Of a DNA stretch of 64,000 nt, positions 41,444-48,557 are shown one piece after another. Under the pieces are notes generated by a model that was not told the origin of the DNA, searched no databases, and saw only the letters and a list, made by a program, of their open reading frames with translations. The translations under genes were made by a program, and so were the position numbers. The stretch spans positions 1-64,000 of IMG/VR virus record IMGVR_UViG_3300006735_000002. One strand, given 5' to 3'. The stretch's first letter is position 1. Every line of letters starts with the position of its first letter. The stretch comes from a virus.

Positions 41444-44269
41444 TCACACTTCTGCCCAGGTTTGGCCGACATCAGCCTCGCAGGTGAATGGGACAGACCA
41501 TCCTGGGACATCGATGGTCATGCACTCGGTCATCTTCTTCTGCGCCCAGTCCGCCAGATGCTCCGGCACTTCGACCACGAGTGAGTCATGGACTTGCGCG
41601 GTCAAGCCTGTGCCTGGTCCCCACTGCTGGAACGGGAATGCTTCAAGCACTCTCTGCTCGGCGACAGCCATGATGGCGGCTTCGCACGCGAGGATGGGGA
41701 AGTTGACGACCTCGTTCTTCTTGCCGTCCTGCAGGCCGCCGGAGCGACGACCGAACAACGGGTCTTCCATGTACCCTTGCTGGTCATACAGTTTGAGCAT
41801 TCGGTTCCAGGCTGCCTGCCAGTCAGGCTCAGACTCATGCCAGACGCGGTCAAAGAACCGCACTTGGTTGAGGTCAAAGTGCAGGTAGGGGAGCTTTGTT
41901 TCGAGCTCGCCGTCTTTGGTGAAGCCAGTCATCTCGGTCGAGCGGATCACACTGTGCTTGGTCTCTGCCGCCGCCCAGTAGATCGAAGCGTAGCGATACG
42001 TCTTGATGAGTTCGCGCAGCTGGCCAGCCTTCCCTTTCTTCGAAGGCTTGTGCGTTGCCTTAAGACTGAACCCCTTTGTCCAACCTGAAGCCTGTTCAAA
42101 ATCCTTTCCGAACAAGTCGTGAGCGAGCCAGCAGTGCGGGTCAAGGTTCTCTGCGAAGCACTCAAGCAGGCGCTGGATGTTCCAGTAGTTGGCGGTGACT
42201 ACGAGGTGCGCAGCGCTCAGGTCGCATCCCACCAGCACGTTGCCGGGAGACGCACAGAAGACCGTACGCACACCACCGAGGTCCTTGCGGCTCGACTGGT
42301 TCTGCATGTTTGGTCGGCTCGAGGACAGTCGCCCTGGCGCTGTCGTGTGACTGTTCCACGTGGAACGGACTCGACCGTCAGGGTGCAGTGACCCACCGGC
42401 AGAGAGCGGTCGCAGGTTGTACAGCTGCGTTCCCAAGACCTTGGTCTTCACGCGACGGTACTGCCGAAGGGTCAGCAGGAAATCTCGCTGAGACTCAGTG
42501 ATGTGGGGGCTGGCCATGTGTGCTCGGAGCACCGCGTCACCTGTGCCGGGCAGACCTGTCTCTGTGTAGAACTCCTTGGCGTCCATGCCGTAAGGGATGC
42601 CGAGGTCCCACTGGCCGTAGAGCAGGTCTCCGATCTGTCCGAAGGACCCAGGGTTGAACTCCGCGCCCTTCTTGCGGCGGATGCCGATGCGGTCAGCCAG
42701 GTCCTGCAGCTTCCCGTACAGCTGCTTCGCTACACCCTCGAACTTCGTGGTGAGCATCTCGACCTTGACCTGATTGACGTAGATGCCGTTCTGGTGCATC
42801 TGAACGCACATGTCCTGCCGGGCATGGTCAAGATGACGGAGCGTCCAGGGGGTCGAACTCGGCCAGGACGTAGGCTTTGCCCACTCCGGCAGCGGCCGAC
42901 CCGCACCGTTCGAGTCCGCAGACCGACGCAGTGGCTCTGCGATGCGGGCGTTGACCACGGTGTCGTACTGGCAGTAGAGCAGCCGGCTCTTGACCGTCTT
43001 GCGTGAGGTCGCTGCTCCGTCTCCGCTCTCACTGGTCTCCCACTTGTGTACGTCAGTCAGCCGACGACCAGTAGGCTTGAGACCCTTGGGCAGGTCAGGG
43101 TGGGTGAAGCGAGCATCGAACAGTGTGTCGATGATGGGTGTCGGCTTCACGCCGTAGCAGTGCTCGACTACTTGGCGGTCGAAGTAGCCGACGTTGTGCC
43201 CGACCTTGGTCTTGCTCTCGTCGAGGAAGAACTCGAGGAGGATGTCGTGAATCTCCTGCGCCTCATACGGCAGCAGGTGCCGTACCTTCTCCCCCTTGAC
43301 TGCCTGATGCATGAGCTCCATGTTGGTGTGGATACCCACCGTACGGGCAACCTGATGCGGCTTCTCCCAGGGCATCGTGGAGTTGCCGTGGATGTCGATG
43401 TCTGGCGTAGCGATGGCGAGGCAGTCGACCTGGATGTCGCGCACGTTGATGCCATCGGTCTCAAGGTCGTAGACCCAGAAAGGTGACGGCACTGCCAGCC
43501 ACTCGCGCAGCTGGTCTGGCGTTGGCTGCGTCAAGAACTCTGGCTCACGCCAGTACAGCGCATCGTTGAACCAGCGCCACGCCTTGCCCAAGGTCGCGTA
43601 GAACTGTGGCCTCACGCTGGGGCGGTGCTTTACGAAGCCTGGGTCGTAGGTCGAGATGACCTTGACCATCCAGTCCGACGTGGACTGAGTCCAGTCAAAG
43701 GCTTGCCACGTCAATCGGCTGGCCTTGACCTCGCGCATGTCACCTTCGAGGTCGGACATGCTGGACGAGGTACCGAGCACGCGCTGGGCTGCCGTGCTGC
43801 CCATCGGGATGACGTAGCCGTAGTCTGCCAACCTGCTCTGCAGGTATGGGGCGCAGCAGTCTGCGGGGTGAGGCAGCTCCTCCTCTGCTTGACGCTTTGC
43901 TTCCGCCGCAGACATTCCTGCGGTTTGCAGCTTCTTCTGCGCGGCTTTGCGCTTGCGGCGAAGCGTCGCCTCCATCTTCTTCCACCCATCTCTTGGGGCG
44001 CATGACACCACGAAGAACAGGTCAATCATGGTGCGGTGTAGACCGTTCGCCTTGAGCGCACGGTCCCACTCCCCACCGTCCTGGCCGCTGAGCGGTCGTC
44101 CGTGGGTGACGTCGCCCAGGCGTGGTGCCTCAAGCACTGCCGCGACCGTGGTGGACTCGTGAACCTCGGGAGGTACCGGAGACCACTCACCGTCTGACAG
44201 ACACCCCTTTGGGCCGAGAGGGCATCGACCACACTGCGCGCCACGAGAGCGTGGATCGAAGCTACTCAT
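41444..44269 (-). CDS. polA: Family A DNA polymerase with N-terminal UDG family 4-like domain and 3'-5' exonuclease
   Basis: UDG-like CGRCPL...EAP...GRPLSG; Exo I YDLETDG, Exo II GHNVGYFD, Exo III YCQYD; GRLSSSRPNMQN, motif A DLSAAHL, motif B RELIKTYRYASIY, motif C VHDS. Confidence 0.92.
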   Translation of the reverse strand: MSSFDPRSRGAQCGRCPLGPKGCLSDGEWSPVPPEVHESTTVAAVLEAPRLGDVTHGRPLSGQDGGEWDRALKANGLHRTMIDLFFVVSCAPRDGWKKMEATLRRKRKAAQKKLQTAGMSAAEAKRQAEEELPHPADCCAPYLQSRLADYGYVIPMGSTAAQRVLGTSSSMSDLEGDMREVKASRLTWQAFDWTQSTSDWMVKVISTYDPGFVKHRPSVRPQFYATLGKAWRWFNDALYWREPEFLTQPTPDQLREWLAVPSPFWVYDLETDGINVRDIQVDCLAIATPDIDIHGNSTMPWEKPHQVARTVGIHTNMELMHQAVKGEKVRHLLPYEAQEIHDILLEFFLDESKTKVGHNVGYFDRQVVEHCYGVKPTPIIDTLFDARFTHPDLPKGLKPTGRRLTDVHKWETSESGDGAATSRKTVKSRLLYCQYDTVVNARIAEPLRRSADSNGAGRPLPEWAKPTSWPSSTPWTLRHLDHARQDMCVQMHQNGIYVNQVKVEMLTTKFEGVAKQLYGKLQDLADRIGIRRKKGAEFNPGSFGQIGDLLYGQWDLGIPYGMDAKEFYTETGLPGTGDAVLRAHMASPHITESQRDFLLTLRQYRRVKTKVLGTQLYNLRPLSAGGSLHPDGRVRSTWNSHTTAPGRLSSSRPNMQNQSSRKDLGGVRTVFCASPGNVLVGCDLSAAHLVVTANYWNIQRLLECFAENLDPHCWLAHDLFGKDFEQASGWTKGFSLKATHKPSKKGKAGQLRELIKTYRYASIYWAAAETKHSVIRSTEMTGFTKDGELETKLPYLHFDLNQVRFFDRVWHESEPDWQAAWNRMLKLYDQQGYMEDPLFGRRSGGLQDGKKNEVVNFPILACEAAIMAVAEQRVLEAFPFQQWGPGTGLTAQVHDSLVVEVPEHLADWAQKKMTECMTIDVPGWSVPFTCEADVGQTWAEV

Positions 44270-44642
44270 GTTCGCTCCATCGGCAGCGCCGCTTCAGAGG
44301 CTTACCCATGTGGAGCTCCAGCTCATGGTGTGCGGCGTACCGCTTGACCGCCTGGCGCAGTGCGACCACCTGTTTGTCCCACCCGATGCGGTCTTTGATG
44401 AGCCCGTACGAGAGCTTCTCAGTGTTCCGCAGGCGGATTGCCTCGAGAATCATGACCTCCCGAGCGAACACCCGCGGACGCTTGCTGAGGTCAAGCGAAC
44501 CCAGGTGGGTGTAGACCTGCTTGCGCAGGGTCGACGTGTTGACGCCAAAGCTCGCGGCCACTTGGTCCCAGGTCTCTCCTGCCTCGACTCTGCTCTTGGC
44601 AGACCTCAGCTCAGGGAATGTCCAAGTGTGTCGCGGAGCCAT
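44262..44642 (-). CDS. Helix-turn-helix DNA-binding protein (two HTH-like units)
   Basis: GETWDQVAASFGVNTSTLRKQV and LSYGLIKDRIGW. Confidence 0.65.
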   Translation of the reverse strand: MAPRHTWTFPELRSAKSRVEAGETWDQVAASFGVNTSTLRKQVYTHLGSLDLSKRPRVFAREVMILEAIRLRNTEKLSYGLIKDRIGWDKQVVALRQAVKRYAAHHELELHMGKPLKRRCRWSEHE

Positions 44643-44839
44643 CAGCCCCTCACAGGGGTCATGCCCGCGAGGAAGCGAGCGACGCTCTTGCACCACGTAC
44701 GATGCTTCTCGTCGATGTAGATGACCATCAGCGGGTATCTCTCAGGGTCATCTGCGTGCTCGTTCACAACCATGCGAACGCGGTAGTAGTTTCCATTGCG
44801 GTGCTGCCACCGGGTACCTGGCCGAACTTCTTTTTCCAT
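44642..44839 (-). CDS. DUF1653-like small protein
   Basis: PGTRWQHRNGNYYRV...MVIY....TWCKS..RF pattern. Confidence 0.7.
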   Translation of the reverse strand: MEKEVRPGTRWQHRNGNYYRVRMVVNEHADDPERYPLMVIYIDEKHRTWCKSVARFLAGMTPVRG

Positions 44840-44853
44840 GCTGCTCCCAGAGA

Positions 44854-44888
44854 GACGCCCCCGCCGCCTTTTTGACGACGGGGGCGTT
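44854..44888 (-). terminator. GC-rich hairpin downstream of the putative SSB gene
   Basis: Minus strand AACGCCCCCGTCGTC-AAAAA-GGCGGCGGGGGCGTC; arms resemble the hairpin at 8939-8973. Confidence 0.55.
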
Positions 44889-44908
44889 GTGTCAGACCGT
44901 GTTGTTAC

Positions 44909-45517
44909 TCAGCCGCGGGGCGGAGGCGGGAAGCCTGCGCGCTTGGGCGGAGCCGGCATTGCCTTGGTGTTGCTGGGCGAAGCGCTCGCCGAAGTTTCAC
45001 GGCGCCAGGGGAACTGGCGGGTGTCTTCGGGGGAGGAGCCCTTCTCTTCGTACGCGTCGAAGGCGTCCTTGTTGATGAAGGACTTGACCTCGCCGTACGC
45101 CTTGGTGCCCTTGGGGGTGTCCTCGGGGCGACCAAGCCATGCGATGTAGGCCGTGCGGCTGACGAGGTGGTCCGTGTTCAGACCGTTCTCGGACAGGTAG
45201 TCCTCGGTGATACCGGAGGACAGAGCGACACGCTTGAGAGCGCCGACCATGCCAGCGATCTTACCCTTGCGGGCATCCTCGCTCATCTGAGCAAGGGCCG
45301 GTGCCATCTCGCCGTCAGCGTTGAACGGGCAGCTGCCGATCTCGCGAGTGGTCGCGCCGTCGGGGAACTTGAGGTGGATGAAGTAGCTGAAGTTGCCCTG
45401 ACGATCGAGGACTCCGCGGTCTTCGAACTTGGTGATCTCGACAGCGTAGTAGCCGGTGCCGGGGGGAAGCGAGCCGGTGTTGACTGCGCTGGTGACTTCG
45501 GGCGGGATGAAAAACAT
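44909..45517 (-). CDS. Putative single-stranded DNA-binding protein
   Basis: LPPGTGYYAVEITKFE N-terminus, beta-rich core ending YGEVKSF, flexible tail; directly after the AAA_24 ATPase and highly codon-biased. Start uncertain (45517 or 45586). Confidence 0.5.
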   Translation of the reverse strand: MFFIPPEVTSAVNTGSLPPGTGYYAVEITKFEDRGVLDRQGNFSYFIHLKFPDGATTREIGSCPFNADGEMAPALAQMSEDARKGKIAGMVGALKRVALSSGITEDYLSENGLNTDHLVSRTAYIAWLGRPEDTPKGTKAYGEVKSFINKDAFDAYEEKGSSPEDTRQFPWRRETSASASPSNTKAMPAPPKRAGFPPPPRG

Positions 45518-45582
45518 CTGGTGAATCCAGGTGAGAGTGATGATGGTGTTGTGGTAGATCCCAGAGACTGCTGGGGCAGCCG

Positions 45583-46575
45583 TCAATCAGACGGAGGGGG
45601 TGGAGCCTTGGTCGCAGCCTTCTTCGGGGCGGGCGGCTCAAGGTTCTCAAAGATGCTGCGGCTGCGCCGCTTCTGGATGACGCCTCTTGCGATGCCATCC
45701 TGTACGGCCCAGCGGATGTGGAGCTGAGGCTCACGGCCGCTACCCTTGGCGAACTTCTGCGCCTTGTTGACGCCGGCGTCAATGGCAGCGCTGACGTCAC
45801 CTTCCTGCAGGGTCTTGGCGACAAGGTCGGCAATCTCGTCCTGCCACTCAAGGCCAGGGCGGCGAGACAGTCCGTAGTCAACGGCGCTGGCCCGGAGGAG
45901 CTCACGGACGTTGGGCGGGCTCTCAGCGTACGCCACACCGTTCCGGTCACCGGTCACCCAGGTGGTGTCCCAAGTGTCGACAAACAAGCCGTTCTTGGTC
46001 CAGGGGTCTGGGTAGTCCTTGTTGACGATGGCGCGGGCGTTGAAGTCACACCAAGCAGGGACACGCACAACCTGACCCTTGCTGCCCAGAGATGGGCCGC
46101 CGGGTACGAAGGTTCCGTCCATGCCCTGGCCGGGTGCCTGCTCGTGGGCCACGAGGAAGACGCTCACGCCGATGTGTCGGGCGCGCTCTGCCAACCGAAG
46201 GAGCTTGTCCTTCAGCTGCTGGTAGGGCCAGAACTTGTCGACCTTGCCGCTGTTTGTGATCTTGGGGTTGTCCTGCCAGACACGCAGGCTTGTCTCGCAC
46301 AGCGCGGTCATGCCGTCGACACAGATCTCAGGGTAGTCCTCGACCAACCCCTGCGACTCGAGCATGTCCAGCAGACCAAGCAGGTCGACAAGCGTCCTGA
46401 CCGGATGCTCATAGATCGTGGGCTCGAATCCCCACTCGTTTGTCGCGACGCTCTTGATCGCGTTCATCCCCTCGCCCGGAATCCACAGGGCGTTGGGGAA
46501 AGCGCTTGCGACCATTGAGGTCTTCATGCGCTTGGGCTGGCCAAAGACCATGCCCATGACCGTGGCATTCGCCAT
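45583..46575 (-). CDS. AAA_24 / Sak4-like recombination ATPase
   Basis: Walker A-like VFGQPKRMKTS, Walker B ICVDGMT, LVAHE; RBS GGAGG. Confidence 0.75.
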   Translation of the reverse strand: MANATVMGMVFGQPKRMKTSMVASAFPNALWIPGEGMNAIKSVATNEWGFEPTIYEHPVRTLVDLLGLLDMLESQGLVEDYPEICVDGMTALCETSLRVWQDNPKITNSGKVDKFWPYQQLKDKLLRLAERARHIGVSVFLVAHEQAPGQGMDGTFVPGGPSLGSKGQVVRVPAWCDFNARAIVNKDYPDPWTKNGLFVDTWDTTWVTGDRNGVAYAESPPNVRELLRASAVDYGLSRRPGLEWQDEIADLVAKTLQEGDVSAAIDAGVNKAQKFAKGSGREPQLHIRWAVQDGIARGVIQKRRSRSIFENLEPPAPKKAATKAPPPPSD

Positions 46576-46623
46576 GGTCGCCTCCAGTGATGTTGTTGTT
46601 GTAGTGCCCCGAAAGGCCCGTCG

Positions 46624-46632
46624 ACTGTAACA
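46624..46632 (-). promoter_or_regulatory. Extended -10 element TGTTACAGT within inverted repeat GTCGACTG-N14-CAGTCGAC
   Basis: Intergenic, upstream of the AAA_24 gene. Confidence 0.5.
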
Positions 46633-46706
46633 CACTGGTCCCAGTCGACGGCGCCTGTTTGTTGTTTACAGTCAGGGCGGGTCTGTAAACTAACTCGACT
46701 CTTTCC

Positions 46707-47114
46707 TTATTCGTTGATCTCCCACCGATGCTGAGTGTCAGGCTCATGGGACCTGCGGATGTTGCGAACCCGCCCACCTGTCAGACTCAACTTTTCGGTA
46801 AGGAAATCAACCACTTGCTTGACGTTGAACTCCTTGCAAGAGAACAAGTCGAAGCTCACGTGACCACGGAGGGGCCACGTGTGGATGCTGCCGTGAGACG
46901 TGGTCAGAATCACAGTCCCCGTCACTCCCCCATCGTCCTCTCCGTTTTCAACCGTGGGATTGAGTGGTACCGAGACCATCTCGGCGGGCTTCAGAATCTG
47001 CATACCCACCATCACAACGAGCTCGTTGAGCAGCGCACTGATCAACTCAGGGTCGTTGAGGCGCTGCGAGTCTTGGGTCCAGGCGTCAATGATTACGTGC
47101 CTACCTGTTTTCAT
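46707..47114 (-). CDS. speD: S-adenosylmethionine decarboxylase proenzyme (class 1B, pyruvoyl) homologue
   Basis: GRHVIID...GGVTGTVILTTSHGSIHTWP...FDLFSCKEF. Confidence 0.85.
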   Translation of the reverse strand: MKTGRHVIIDAWTQDSQRLNDPELISALLNELVVMVGMQILKPAEMVSVPLNPTVENGEDDGGVTGTVILTTSHGSIHTWPLRGHVSFDLFSCKEFNVKQVVDFLTEKLSLTGGRVRNIRRSHEPDTQHRWEINE

Positions 47115-47119
47115 GATGA

Positions 47120-48100
47120 TTACTCCGGGCCGTACTGGCAAATCTCAAACGCACCGCACTTACCGTAGCGGTGGTAGCAGGCGAGCTCACTCCGGGTCAG
47201 CTCCCAATCGCCCGGACCCGTTCGTCCCTCGGCGAACATCACGAGCTGCTGCGCCAGGGAGTGCGCCTTCGTGTAGACCTGTCGGGCAAACTGCTGGTCA
47301 CGCCACGGCGTAGCCGGAACATGCTGCCGGCTCACGGCGTACGGCTCTCTGCGCTGCACCAGGTTGAGGACAACGCCCCCGAAGTTCGAACCGTACAGCT
47401 GTCGACCAGCGATGCGGTTGACGGCGAACTGTCCATCCATGGCGTACTGCTGAGCACGAGTCTTGCTCACGCTCCCGCCGGTCACCTTGTGGTCCCAGAT
47501 GTATGTCCGCCTGTCCTGGCTGTGTGTCATCACCAGGTCGAAGCGCTTGGTGACCACGATGGGCTTGCCGTGCTGCAGCGCTGGCACTCCGGCAGTCGGC
47601 TCTTCAAGACCAGGGCAGTCCAGAAGCTCGGGCTCGGCGAGGTTCTTGTCAAGCCACAGTCCGAAGTCCCCCTTGTGATTCCGCCCTACGGTCATCTTGA
47701 TCTGCATCTCGACACCTTCAACACGGTCCGAAACATACGGCTCACGCTGTCGGTAGCGGCGGAAGACCTCGAGAGTGTTGGCGATGAAGTGCGCCGCCTC
47801 CGTACCCTCCTTCTCCGCTTCATCGACCCATGCCCGCAGCCCCTCCTCAGGCGGCAAGAAGTAGTTGGGATCACTGATGTTTTCTCCCTCGTACTCAAAC
47901 CCACCCTGCTCGCACCCAAGTCGAGCGTAGTAGTGCGCCAGGATGGTGTGGCCCATCGACCCCTGGGTCAGCGGGTCAGCTCCGATGAACTGCTTGCCCT
48001 GCACGTTGATGAGGAACCAGAGGAAGTCGCAGCTGAAGGCAGGCCCCCAGAAGGACCACCCCGACGTGCTGCGCCCGGTGTTGATGAGGATGGGGTTCAC
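47120..48100 (-). CDS. PD-(D/E)xK exonuclease (Cas4/AddB-like)
   Basis: GSMGH, E..I, RFDLV, IWDHKVT, Q motif, C-terminal CYHRYGKC.AF.IC; GTG start after GGAG. Confidence 0.8.
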   Translation of the reverse strand: MNPILINTGRSTSGWSFWGPAFSCDFLWFLINVQGKQFIGADPLTQGSMGHTILAHYYARLGCEQGGFEYEGENISDPNYFLPPEEGLRAWVDEAEKEGTEAAHFIANTLEVFRRYRQREPYVSDRVEGVEMQIKMTVGRNHKGDFGLWLDKNLAEPELLDCPGLEEPTAGVPALQHGKPIVVTKRFDLVMTHSQDRRTYIWDHKVTGGSVSKTRAQQYAMDGQFAVNRIAGRQLYGSNFGGVVLNLVQRREPYAVSRQHVPATPWRDQQFARQVYTKAHSLAQQLVMFAEGRTGPGDWELTRSELACYHRYGKCGAFEICQYGPE

Positions 48101-48294
48101 GGCTGCTCCGGGGGGTTGGGGAGGGGCTGCCAGAAGAACTGGCCGATGCCTGCCAGGGAAAACCACGACTCGTAGTTGAGCCACGCGCCATCGTCTTCTT
48201 GCTTGAGGCAGAGGATGTTGAACGTGTCGTGCTGCCACATGAGCACTTCTTCGTCGGACGGAGGCATGGTGCGCCGACTGTCGGTCCAAATCAC
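48097..48294 (-). CDS. DUF551-like small protein
   Basis: W......MP....VL...WQPLPNPP. Confidence 0.7.
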   Translation of the reverse strand: MIWTDSRRTMPPSDEEVLMWQHDTFNILCLKQEDDGAWLNYESWFSLAGIGQFFWQPLPNPPEQP

Positions 48295-48557
48295 GGCTGC
48301 TCCGCAAGCCAGTCTTCGTGCGCCTTCGCGCACGCCCTGGCGTAGTTGATGATGTCGGCAGGGGTCTGCTCAACCGAAGTCGCGATGACGCAGGCTGCTC
48401 CCGGCAGGTAGTTGGCCTTGCCGCTGGAGAGGTGGTTTCTCACATCGACCTTTGCTTCGATGTCGTCGAACCTTCCTCCGGCAGCCACACAGAAAAACAG
48501 AGTGCAGCACAACCAGACAATCATGAGAGCAATCTCTGTGGTGGTTCGATCTGTCAT
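48291..48557 (-). CDS. Hypothetical protein with N-terminal transmembrane/signal segment
   Basis: IALMIVWLCCTLFFCVAAG; stop/start overlaps at both ends. Confidence 0.65.
   Translation of the reverse strand: MTDRTTTEIALMIVWLCCTLFFCVAAGGRFDDIEAKVDVRNHLSSGKANYLPGAACVIATSVEQTPADIINYARACAKAHEDWLAEQP

Noticed and set aside
41410-41450. Possible minus-strand promoter (TTGACA at 41429-41434; TGATACAAG) after polA
   Set aside because: No -10 hexamer at 17-nt spacing and the extended -10 lacks the final T; too weak to call.
47120-48100. Cas4-like nuclease as evidence of a CRISPR system
   Set aside because: No other cas genes and no repeat-spacer array seen; solo PD-(D/E)xK nucleases beside Sak4-like ATPases are ordinary phage recombination genes.
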